NCBI GenBank assembly: GCA_902464375.1
Contig: CABQIM010000001.1
Location: 1,567 to 65,566, forward strand
Reading direction: 5' to 3'
DNA from: an uncultured bacterium
Lineage (GTDB): Bacteria; Cyanobacteriota; Vampirovibrionia; Gastranaerophilales; Gastranaerophilaceae
DNA: 64,000 nucleotides
How positions within the stretch are numbered: the stretch's first letter is position 1; every line of letters begins with the position of its first letter. This document shows, piece by piece, positions 55,699 through 64,000 of this stretch. The notes under the pieces were generated by a model. It saw nothing but the letters and a program-made list of their open reading frames with translations. It searched no databases and had not been told where the DNA came from. The translations under genes and the position numbers were made by a program.

Positions 55699-56434
55699 AT
55701 TCCCTCTTGATTTTTGCGATATAGGCTTTTAATTCTTTAACTTGTTTTGGTTTAATAGCCTTAACTTCGCCACGCTTTAAACCTTCAATTGTTAAAGTTG
55801 CATGTTGAATTCTTTTTAAGCTTTCTACTTCAAATCCAAGTTTAGCAAACATTTTACGGATTTGTCTGTTAATACCTTGATATAATACTACTTGAATCTC
55901 AGAAGATTTAGAAGTTATTTCTATTGGTAAAGTTTCAGCATAAGCGGTTTTCTTTTCGCCGGAATCTGTCTCAATTACAATACCATTGACCATTTTTTCA
56001 GCATCTTCAGGAGTGAATTTGCCATTAATGTGAACAAGGTAAACTTTTGGAACTTTGATAGACGGATGCGTCATTTCATTAATAAACTCACCATCATTAG
56101 TCAAAATAATTAATCCGGTAGACTCTTTATCCAATCTGCCAACAGGTTTTAGGTGCCTTAATTCTTGTGGAATAATATCATAAATAGTTTTTCTGTTTTT
56201 TTCATCAGAGGCTGTCGTAATATAGCCTGCCGGTTTATAAAATTTGTAATATTCCAACTTCTGTGGTTTTACAAGCTTATTGTCAACATAGACTTTGTCT
56301 TTTTCACGCACATGAAAACCCAATTGGTCAATGACTTTGTCATTAACTCGAACTCGACCTTCCAGAATAATTTCATCAGCTTTTCTTCTGGAGCAAATCC
56401 CAGCAGAAGCTAAATATTTATTTAACCTTGGCAT
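55673..56434 (-). CDS. rRNA pseudouridine synthase (RsuA/RluB family) with S4 domain
   Basis: RLNKYLASAGICSRRKAD, KPAGY, PVGRLD, G.NRQIRKM. Confidence 0.9.
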   Translation of the reverse strand: MPRLNKYLASAGICSRRKADEIILEGRVRVNDKVIDQLGFHVREKDKVYVDNKLVKPQKLEYYKFYKPAGYITTASDEKNRKTIYDIIPQELRHLKPVGRLDKESTGLIILTNDGEFINEMTHPSIKVPKVYLVHINGKFTPEDAEKMVNGIVIETDSGEKKTAYAETLPIEITSKSSEIQVVLYQGINRQIRKMFAKLGFEVESLKRIQHATLTIEGLKRGEVKAIKPKQVKELKAYIAKIKREYAKSCDNG

Positions 56435-56838
56435 ACTTCAACCTTATTAAATGCATTAACAATTGCTTCCGGTAATTTTCTGTAAATTGAACCGTCATTA
56501 TGGATTGCAACTACTTCAAATTCTGCTTTAATAAACAATTTACCATCAGCTTTGTTACGGATAATTTGTTCAAATGTTACACGAATTGGAGAAATTTCTT
56601 TAATAGAAGTTTCTATAATTACAACATCGTTTAACCTAGCAGAAGCCTTGTAACGCACATTCATATTAGTAACAGGCATTGCAATATCTTGTGCTTCTAA
56701 ATTGATTAAGTTTAGTCCTGCTTCTTCGCACAACTCAACTCTGCCCATTTCCATCCATCTAAGGTAGGAACCATGCCAGACTACACCATAAGCATCTGTG
56801 TCTGAATAATAAACTTTTTGTTCTAATATATTTTTCAT
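56422..56838 (-). CDS. Acyl-CoA thioesterase (YbgC/4HBT family)
   Basis: VYYSDTDAYGVVWHGSYLRWME.GR. Confidence 0.88.
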   Translation of the reverse strand: MKNILEQKVYYSDTDAYGVVWHGSYLRWMEMGRVELCEEAGLNLINLEAQDIAMPVTNMNVRYKASARLNDVVIIETSIKEISPIRVTFEQIIRNKADGKLFIKAEFEVVAIHNDGSIYRKLPEAIVNAFNKVEVCQG

Positions 56839-56900
56839 ACGGTTATTATATCATGATATAATTAATTTTGTAACAATTATAAAAATAATGACAACAAAAA

Positions 56901-56992
56901 TTCCTCCCTTATTAGAGAGGTTAGATGGGTTTCATCCCGTAGGGAAAATATAAATTAATACCCATCCCAGCCTTCCCTAATAAGGGAAGGAG
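56901..56992. repeat. Degenerate REP doublet (CCCATCCCAGCCTTCCC-TAATAA-GGGAAGGAG and imperfect inverted partner)
   Basis: 56960-56992 versus 56901-56930; single related hairpin at 60390-60415. Confidence 0.65.
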
Positions 56993-57030
56993 CATCCCCT
57001 ATTCCATGTATAAAGTAAGGAGAACTTTTT

Positions 57031-57414
57031 ATGAAATTTTTACACACAATGGTTAGAGTTAAGGACATTGAAAAATCCTTAAAATTTTACACAGAAGTTT
57101 TGAACATGAAACTTGACCACAAAAAGAGATTAGAAGATTGCTGGTTATATTTCTTATCAGATGAAGAAAATACTTGCCAAATCGAATTAACTTACAATGA
57201 TGAAACACCTAGTGATGGTTATGAATTAGGTTCAGGTTTCGGTCATTTTGCTTTTTCAGTGGACTCTTTATCAGAATTTACAAAAAAAATCGAAAAACTC
57301 GGCTATGAATATCTTTATGAACCATTTGATTTAAACGGCAAAGGTTCAATGATTGCATTTATTAAAGATCCTGACGGTTATGAGATAGAACTGATTGAAA
57401 AGGTGCAGTGGTAG
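57031..57414 (+). CDS. gloA: Lactoylglutathione lyase (glyoxalase I)
   Basis: FLHTMVRV.D.EKSL.FY, IELTYN, GFGHFAF, FIKDPDGYEIELI. Confidence 0.9.
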   Translation: MKFLHTMVRVKDIEKSLKFYTEVLNMKLDHKKRLEDCWLYFLSDEENTCQIELTYNDETPSDGYELGSGFGHFAFSVDSLSEFTKKIEKLGYEYLYEPFDLNGKGSMIAFIKDPDGYEIELIEKVQW

Positions 57415-57421
57415 AATTAAT

Positions 57422-57460
57422 AAAACGGTGTAAATCAAAATTCGACTTACACCGTTTTTT
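57422..57460. terminator. Bidirectional intrinsic terminator
   Basis: AAAACGGTGTAA/TTACACCGTTTT. Confidence 0.75.
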
Positions 57461-57851
57461 AAGTTAAGTAATCTAATATTGCTCCGCCAATTTCTTCGTT
57501 CGGGTCAAATCTACAATCTTTTGGCGGATTAATTGCATTTTGTATAAGCATTACCCATAATGGACCAAAAGCATCCGGAATTCTAGTCTTTCTATAAATA
57601 CCTGCCAAGTATGTTTGAATATTAGGCGATTTCGTCTGATTATATTTTGATAGAGCGGGATATAACTCATCAATTCCATGCTCGCCCTCATCTAATTTCA
57701 GATTAAGAATATACATATCTTCCAAAACTTCATCTTCTGTTTTAGCCTGTTCAAGCGACAACTTGATTTCATCTAAGCTTTTTGTCTTAGAAGTTATCAT
57801 TGGATTAAATACGCAATAATTTCTATATTGATTTGGATACGATACACTCAT
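57459..57851 (-). CDS. Hypothetical helical (HEAT-like) protein
   Basis: 130-aa ORF immediately after pilD. Confidence 0.6.
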   Translation of the reverse strand: MSVSYPNQYRNYCVFNPMITSKTKSLDEIKLSLEQAKTEDEVLEDMYILNLKLDEGEHGIDELYPALSKYNQTKSPNIQTYLAGIYRKTRIPDAFGPLWVMLIQNAINPPKDCRFDPNEEIGGAILDYLT

Positions 57852-57858
57852 AGACTAA

Positions 57859-58761
57859 TTATATACAAAAGAATAAAAAGTATAAAGCACCTGCTGTTAA
57901 AGCCGGAACATAAGGCAAATAGTTTCTATTCTCAACTTGTCCAATACTTTTTAAAATTGATATTACAAGGCATAAACCGGTAATAAATAAAGCTGCAAAA
58001 GAATAGTAATTTTGCCAAAGAGTTTGATATACTAAAATTGACAATATAAACAAAATACCTGCTATACAAGTAAATTTGTTATTTTGCTTATATTGATTAA
58101 AGAAAAATACCGGCAAAATAAATATCATAGATGCAATCAAACTAAAAGCCAGAACAAGCAGTACACTTTTACCAAAAATTGCACCCAAAGCGGCTGCGAC
58201 GTACGTATCAGCTTCACCCATTGCTCTTGTTTTTGCAAATAGATATCCGCTGCGAGCAACAATTTCTAAGATAAGAGCTGATACAACAAGTCCGATTACA
58301 GAATACATCAAACCAAATTTTCCACCAACAAGAAAATTATATATTATTCCACTTATTCCCATTGCAATAGCCAAATTGCAATCAACAAGTTTTTCTTTTA
58401 TATCAGTTCCTGTCATTATAATAAGACAAGATATCCAGAACAGCACAAATATAGCAGTTATACTGACACCAAACTTAACAAAAGTTGCTCCAAATAGCAA
58501 CATTGTAAGTAATTCTACTATTGGATATTGGATACTGATTTTTTCTTTACAAAAATAACATTTACCACATAGCAAAATATATGATAATACCGGAATATTA
58601 TGCCAAAATAAAAGCTTATTTCCACATTTTGGGCATTTTGAAGGCGGAAAAACAATGCTTTCATTTGATAATGTGCGTAAAATTACAACATTAAAAAAAC
58701 TTCCTAAGCAAAGCCCTATTATACAAATCCAAAATAAAAAATAATGATATGTATCAATCAT
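57859..58761 (-). CDS. pilD: Prepilin peptidase (A24)
   Basis: GSFFNVVI.R, SKCPKC, NIPVLSY...GKCYFC..IS.QYP.VE, TD, MGEAD, PYVPAL. Confidence 0.9.
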   Translation of the reverse strand: MIDTYHYFLFWICIIGLCLGSFFNVVILRTLSNESIVFPPSKCPKCGNKLLFWHNIPVLSYILLCGKCYFCKEKISIQYPIVELLTMLLFGATFVKFGVSITAIFVLFWISCLIIMTGTDIKEKLVDCNLAIAMGISGIIYNFLVGGKFGLMYSVIGLVVSALILEIVARSGYLFAKTRAMGEADTYVAAALGAIFGKSVLLVLAFSLIASMIFILPVFFFNQYKQNNKFTCIAGILFILSILVYQTLWQNYYSFAALFITGLCLVISILKSIGQVENRNYLPYVPALTAGALYFLFFCI

Positions 58762-59593
58762 TTGAACTTATACCCTTGTATTCTCTACCAGTAGGAATTG
58801 TATCTGTTTTATCTGCTATCATATGATATAAAAGACTAAATGCCTTTTTCATTCTTCTTGATATCTGCATTTGTGTATAATTCAATTTTTGTGCAATCTC
58901 TTTTTGTGACATATCTTCATAATAATACATCTTAACAAGTTTTTTACTTTCAGGCGGAAGTTTTTCTATAACATCTTTTAGAATAATTTTCATATCTTCT
59001 AAATCGCGAGTTTCTTTATAGTCACTGCTTGCAATAACCTCTTCATACCCTAAATTATCGTCACTGGAATTATACATATCATCTAATGATATAACCGATT
59101 TTCTTCTATCAGCTTGCATAACATCATTTACGGCACTAGATGATACATTTAGAGCTTCTGCTACATCATCATTGGTTAATTCATTCAACTCATCCAGAGT
59201 CAAAGTTTTGGTAAAATTGTTTATACGAATTGATAGCTCCTGAATATGTCTTGGAACTCTTATCGTATTTAATTTATCACGCAAATAATGTTTAATCTCT
59301 CCGATAATTAAATAGCCGGCATAAATTTTAAAATTGTCATTTACATCGTTTGAATAACTATCAATAGCCTTCAATAAACCAATTGAACCTGCTTGCACCA
59401 AATCCTCAATAGGGTCATAAGAACGTCTTGCAATCGTTCTTGCAATTTTTTTAATAATAGGCAACATGCGAGAAACAATAAGTGTTTTAGCCTTAGCCTT
59501 TTTGTACTTATTGTCAGTAGTTTTGTAATCATTAAGCCATTCACTTACCAGCTCGTAAGTATTTTCACTATTATTTTTTGCCTGCTCTGTCAT
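58754..59593 (-). CDS. Group 3 RNA polymerase sigma factor (SigB/SigF type)
   Basis: EDLVQAGSIGLLKAID, GEIKHYLRD...IRVPR, SLD, MSQKEIA..L..TQMQISR. Confidence 0.88.
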   Translation of the reverse strand: MTEQAKNNSENTYELVSEWLNDYKTTDNKYKKAKAKTLIVSRMLPIIKKIARTIARRSYDPIEDLVQAGSIGLLKAIDSYSNDVNDNFKIYAGYLIIGEIKHYLRDKLNTIRVPRHIQELSIRINNFTKTLTLDELNELTNDDVAEALNVSSSAVNDVMQADRRKSVISLDDMYNSSDDNLGYEEVIASSDYKETRDLEDMKIILKDVIEKLPPESKKLVKMYYYEDMSQKEIAQKLNYTQMQISRRMKKAFSLLYHMIADKTDTIPTGREYKGISSND

Positions 59594-59632
59594 CATAAAA
59601 GTATAATAACACGACAAAAATTCATTATCAAT

Positions 59633-60364
59633 TTATAGATAGAAAATTAGGTTAATAATAAAATCCGCGAGAAGCATATAAACCGTTGACAATACGGCAG
59701 CCTTAGTTGTAGATTCTCCAACATCCTTTGCGCCTCCATGCGTTTCATAGCCCTGTGTTGCACAAACTAAAGCGATTAGAATTCCAAAAATAAATGCTTT
59801 TAATAAGCTTATATAAATATCCTTCGTACTCAACCAAAGCCAAACGGAAGTTATATATCTTGCAGGATGAAGATGGATGGTTGCATTTGAAACAATCAAA
59901 CCGCCGGTAATACCGACCAATTCTGCAATTATTACAACCATTGGTACAGTAATCGCTGCAGCCAAAATTCTTGGTGCGAAATAATAACCGACAGGATCAA
60001 CTTTCAAAGTTTTTATAGCATCGACTTGAGAAGTTACCTGCATATTAGCGATTTCAGCAGATATAGCAGTACCAGCTCTAGCTCCAATTGCCAACGCTAC
60101 AAACCCCGGTGCAATTTCTCTTATCATAACTACCGCAATTGAACCCCCAACATAAGCTTCTGCTCCGGACATCAAAAACTGCTTAGAAACTTGAATTGCA
60201 ATGACTGCAGCAGATACAAAAGTTATTACAAGAGATATCATTAAAGAATCATAGCTAATTGCAGCCGCTTGAGAAAATATATGGCACAGTCTGGAACGAC
60301 CTGATACAAGGTACAGGATACTTCTATACAAGTTTTCCATACATTTTCCGAAAAAATTTATCAT
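59633..60364 (-). CDS. mlaE: MlaE family lipid ABC transporter permease
   Basis: REIAP, R.G..ISAEIANM.VT.QVDA, PRILA, GGAKDVGESTT.AAV. Confidence 0.9.
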   Translation of the reverse strand: MINFFGKCMENLYRSILYLVSGRSRLCHIFSQAAAISYDSLMISLVITFVSAAVIAIQVSKQFLMSGAEAYVGGSIAVVMIREIAPGFVALAIGARAGTAISAEIANMQVTSQVDAIKTLKVDPVGYYFAPRILAAAITVPMVVIIAELVGITGGLIVSNATIHLHPARYITSVWLWLSTKDIYISLLKAFIFGILIALVCATQGYETHGGAKDVGESTTKAAVLSTVYMLLADFIINLIFYL

Positions 60365-60558
60365 GACATTCCTCTAATAATTACTAGTTCCAACCTTCCC
60401 TAAAAAGGGAAGGAGTTCGCTTACCCCTCACATTACTATCTGCTTATTCAATTATACTACACAAATTTTCATTCTGTTTATCTTTACATTTTGTAAAAAA
60501 CAAGCAATTTTTTCTTTGTTAATGTTTTTATATAAGTATAGTGTGGAGGCGCAGTAGT

Positions 60559-61233
60559 ATGTTTGAAGTTAACAATGGCGTAGCAAAAATTAATGGTGCA
60601 AAAGGTAAATATGATAACAAAGTTTCAGACCCTTCCGTCAAGTATGGAAGAAACGCTGTAGAGAATTATTATACTTATTTAGAGCAGCCACTTGTTGCTG
60701 ATAAAATGACAACAGCACCGATTTTAGATTTTGGCTTAAACCCTGATGCGACTGACAAGAATGTAGATAAACTTGATAAGTTTTTGAAAGAGAATGATGA
60801 ATATTTGAGTGCTCTTCCACCATTGAAGTATGAATATCGCTATATGCCACAATTGCAAAAAGGGCAAGTTGATACAAAGGCAGTTTTGGGGGCTGCTTAC
60901 GAAGAAATGGGCAAAACGAAAGAATTATCAGTAAATGAACTGGACTATCGTTTTGCGCCTGATAATAATTTTACGTCTAAAGCTTTAGACTTAAATAACG
61001 ATGGAAAAGTGGATATTGCGGAATACGGTTCCAGTATTTTAGCCGCTGATATGTTAAGCAAGTCCGACACTCCGGACACTAAAAATATCGATGGTACAAT
61101 TGATAAACGTGGTTTTGATGCAGTTTTAGCCTACACACAAAAGAGCAAAGCAGAAGCAGCCGCAAAATTATATTCAAATATCTATAATACATACAATTTA
61201 GGCGAAGCTAAAAAAGATTTTAAAGCTGAGTAG
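60559..61233 (+). CDS. Hypothetical EF-hand-containing protein
   Basis: Canonical EF loop DLNNDGKVDIAEY; GGAGG RBS at 60545. Confidence 0.75.
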   Translation: MFEVNNGVAKINGAKGKYDNKVSDPSVKYGRNAVENYYTYLEQPLVADKMTTAPILDFGLNPDATDKNVDKLDKFLKENDEYLSALPPLKYEYRYMPQLQKGQVDTKAVLGAAYEEMGKTKELSVNELDYRFAPDNNFTSKALDLNNDGKVDIAEYGSSILAADMLSKSDTPDTKNIDGTIDKRGFDAVLAYTQKSKAEAAAKLYSNIYNTYNLGEAKKDFKAE

Positions 61234-61288
61234 CAAAAATTATTTTTAGAGGTTTTTAAGATTACATAGAGAGTATAAGGAGATAAAT

Positions 61289-61849
61289 ATGAACGTACAA
61301 AGAGTATTAGGAACCGGTATTGTTGGCAGTGCAGTTGCATTATCAACTTTAGCATTGAGCGGATGCGATAAAAAGTCTTCTTCTAAAGAAAACAATATCG
61401 CAGCAAAAGAACTTGTAAGCACTGATAGTATCGATTTAACAAAGCCAAATTTACCTGTTATCGGAAAAGAATATATCCAATACAGAGGACTTGATGGCAA
61501 AGCCCACAAAGTAGTAAATACAGACAACACAGCAGCTTTATACAACGCAATTGCAAAAATGTCTACAAAAGAAGAGCCGGATATTTTAGACCCTGAAGCT
61601 TTTTATGTAGAAGTACAAAAAGAGATTCAAAAAGCTCCTGACAATTGGAACTATTATGGAGATATCTCAGAATCTATGGATAAACATAGACTTTCTTCAT
61701 ACTTTGATAAGCTTTATAACAGATTTGCAGCTTTCGAAAGTGAAGAAGGTTCTAATATTACAGTTAGAGAATACACAATGATGATGGACGCTTTTTCTAA
61801 GACTTCTAATAAAAATTCTAAAGCTCCGGATAGCGAACATATTCAATAA
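61289..61849 (+). CDS. Putative lipoprotein, paralog 1
   Basis: LSGC lipobox; shares DSID.TKPNLP, KMST, FYVE, ITV.EYT.MMDA with the next gene. Confidence 0.8.
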   Translation: MNVQRVLGTGIVGSAVALSTLALSGCDKKSSSKENNIAAKELVSTDSIDLTKPNLPVIGKEYIQYRGLDGKAHKVVNTDNTAALYNAIAKMSTKEEPDILDPEAFYVEVQKEIQKAPDNWNYYGDISESMDKHRLSSYFDKLYNRFAAFESEEGSNITVREYTMMMDAFSKTSNKNSKAPDSEHIQ

Positions 61850-61858
61850 GGGACTGTA

Positions 61859-62389
61859 ATGAATATTTCTAAAATAATTGGACCAAAGACAGCACTTAGT
61901 GCTGTTATAGTATCGACGTTAGCGATAAACAGTTGTAATAAATCTATATCTAAAGAAAATAATACACAAACGAATGTTGTTGACAAATTTGATAGTATAG
62001 ATACAACAAAACCAAATTTGCCGCTAATAGATGGCAATAAAATATCTTATAAAAGGCTCAATGGAGAAAATGTTACATTAAAAATTGAATCTTATCCTTC
62101 GCTAAAAAACATAGCAGCAGCTTCTCTTTATAAGACCATATCAAAAATGTCTACGCAGCAGCAACCTAATATAGAAGATGTAGAAGAATTTTATGTAGAA
62201 TTTGAGAAAAACAATGATAAATCTAACGGTATAAATGAAGCCAGATTACCACAAATACAAGCTTCTATGATGTTTGATAATTTATTTAGATTATTTACTG
62301 CTCCGGATAGTGATAGGGGAAAAACTATAACAGTAAAAGAATATACTCAAATGATGGATGCTTGGAGTTCTTTTAGCACAAAAGAATAA
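61859..62389 (+). CDS. Putative lipoprotein, paralog 2
   Basis: INSC lipobox-like; tandem paralog. Confidence 0.8.
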   Translation: MNISKIIGPKTALSAVIVSTLAINSCNKSISKENNTQTNVVDKFDSIDTTKPNLPLIDGNKISYKRLNGENVTLKIESYPSLKNIAAASLYKTISKMSTQQQPNIEDVEEFYVEFEKNNDKSNGINEARLPQIQASMMFDNLFRLFTAPDSDRGKTITVKEYTQMMDAWSSFSTKE

Positions 62390-62421
62390 ACTGCATTTGA
62401 TTTACTTAAAATTATTTTTAT

Positions 62422-62462
62422 AACAGGTAGTTTAAATTATACTTTTAAACTACCTGTTTTTA
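62422..62462. terminator. Intrinsic terminator between convergent genes
   Basis: AACAGGTAGTTTAAA/TTTAAACTACCTGTT followed by T-run. Confidence 0.8.
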
Positions 62463-62472
62463 TTACAATATT

Positions 62473-64000
62473 TTATTTAATATCAATAACACTGACACCA
62501 TCACCGCCTTCAGTGTCTTCTCCAACACGATATTTGGCAACATATGGAGATGTAGAAATAAAATCTCTAACAGCAGCTTTCAATGCTCCGGTTCCGTGTC
62601 CATGTATAATATAAACCGGTGAAAGGTTCGCCAAACTAGCTTTATCCAAATACGCTTCCAATTCGTCCAGCGCCTCTTCTACTCTTTCGCCACGCAAATC
62701 CAATGTATTTGAAATGTCATATTTTTTGACAGAAAAAGATGATGTCTTTTTCATTGCGCCTAATGGCAAATTAACCTTTTTCGCCAATTGCGGATTATAA
62801 ACAGCCAGTTTATTTTTCTTAACTTTAGTTTTAATCATTCCCATTTGAATAAACAGAACTCCGTTTTTATCCGGCATAGAAAGAATTGTTACTTGTTGGT
62901 TCAAATCCTTAATCATAACTTTGTCATTAACTTGAACTTTTGTCCAATCCAATTCCAAATATTGTTCTTTTTCTTCTAAAGAATGCAAATCCGCGCGGAA
63001 ATTTTGTTCCAACTGCGCCAGTCTTGCATAAGAACGTCGAGCAATCTTTTCAGATTTTTCACGTCTTAGTTCTGTTAAAATTTCTTTGATTTCACCTTTT
63101 GCAGTTTCAAGCTGACCTTCGAAACGGTCTTTTATAATTTTAAGCGATTTTTTCTTTTCTTTTTTATGTTCGCTAAGTTCTTTTTCGTAACGATGCTTCA
63201 ATTCATCAGCTTGGGCATTTTTTGTTTCTGCTTCTTTCAAGTTTACATCCAAACGCTGTTGAGTATCTTGCAATCTTTCTACTACAAGACTTGAAGTATC
63301 ACGTTGAGTAATCAAAAGTTCTTTTGCCTTCCAAATCAAATCTTCTGACATACCTAAATTTGAAGCAATAGCAATTGCATTACTTAACCCCGGAATACCG
63401 ATAATTAACTTATAAGTGGGTGATAAAGACTCTACATCAAACTCAACACTGGCATTTTTAAAGTATGGATCTGTATATTCTAAAGTTTTCAATTCTCCAT
63501 AGTGCGTAGTAATAATAGATTGAGTTTGCTTAGTGGTTAAGTCTTTAAGAATAATTTCTGCTAAGACGGCTCCTTCTTGTGGATCTGTTCCGGCACAAAG
63601 TTCATCAATCAAAACAAATGTATTACTGTCAGCAATTTCTAAAATATCAATTACATTTGTCATATGAGATGAGAATGTTGATAAGTTTTGCAAAATGCTC
63701 TGCTCGTCACCAATATCTGCCAAAACTTTTTCAAACGGATAAATATGAGCTTCTGCACAAGGCAAAAACATTCCGGACTTCATCATTAAAATAAAAAGTC
63801 CGACAGTTTTAAGTGCAACCGTTTTACCACCGGTGTTTGAGCCTGTTATAATTACAGATTTATATTCTTTTCCGATTTCGAAATCATTTTCAACAATGTT
63901 TTCTACATTACCAATCAAAAGCGGGTGGCGCATTAAATCTATTTTAATATACTTATCGTCACTTACAGATGGTTCTACAGCTTGAATTTTTACTGCATAA
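62473..64000 (-). CDS. mutS2: Endonuclease MutS2, C-terminal part (5' end outside window)
   Basis: ITGSNTGGKT, DIGDEQSI.QNLSTFSSH, DEL.AGTDP.EG, Smr domain LDLRG...IIHGHGTG. Confidence 0.95.
   Translation of the reverse strand, partial: YAVKIQAVEPSVSDDKYIKIDLMRHPLLIGNVENIVENDFEIGKEYKSVIITGSNTGGKTVALKTVGLFILMMKSGMFLPCAEAHIYPFEKVLADIGDEQSILQNLSTFSSHMTNVIDILEIADSNTFVLIDELCAGTDPQEGAVLAEIILKDLTTKQTQSIITTHYGELKTLEYTDPYFKNASVEFDVESLSPTYKLIIGIPGLSNAIAIASNLGMSEDLIWKAKELLITQRDTSSLVVERLQDTQQRLDVNLKEAETKNAQADELKHRYEKELSEHKKEKKKSLKIIKDRFEGQLETAKGEIKEILTELRREKSEKIARRSYARLAQLEQNFRADLHSLEEKEQYLELDWTKVQVNDKVMIKDLNQQVTILSMPDKNGVLFIQMGMIKTKVKKNKLAVYNPQLAKKVNLPLGAMKKTSSFSVKKYDISNTLDLRGERVEEALDELEAYLDKASLANLSPVYIIHGHGTGALKAAVRDFISTSPYVAKYRVGEDTEGGDGVSVIDIK

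Overview
An AT-rich, gene-dense chromosomal window. The inferred source is a non-photosynthetic cyanobacterial relative (Vampirovibrionia/Melainabacteria, probably Gastranaerophilales), based on an RpaA-like regulator, HLR1 boxes, a SigF-type sigma factor, lipid A genes and no photosynthesis genes here. Most genes are housekeeping or transport: opp-type ABC, Ski2-like helicase, lpxI/lpxB/msbA, ilvE, tRNA-Gln, rmuC, ssb, pdxA, queE, dnaJ, rfbA, rqcH, speD, valS, coaE, gloA, pilD, mlaE and mutS2. Five things stand out. (1) A dispersed set of lineage-specific proteins has non-Sec N-terminal extensions ending in an F-[GKR]-[GA] motif. It includes membrane proteins, a GH13 enzyme, a soluble Clp-FtsH chimera and an M16 peptidase, and some have sigma28-like promoters or perfect RpaB/HLR1 boxes, suggesting a dedicated targeting/processing system. 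(2) An unannotated Met/Cys-rich leader peptide has a complete terminator/antiterminator switch. (3) Two mirror-image composite repeat loci with tandem arrays sit among several REP/palindromic families. (4) There are unannotated small ORFs. (5) Many genes look leaderless. No CRISPR array, prophage or transposase was seen. All family assignments are by motif recognition only; no searches were run.
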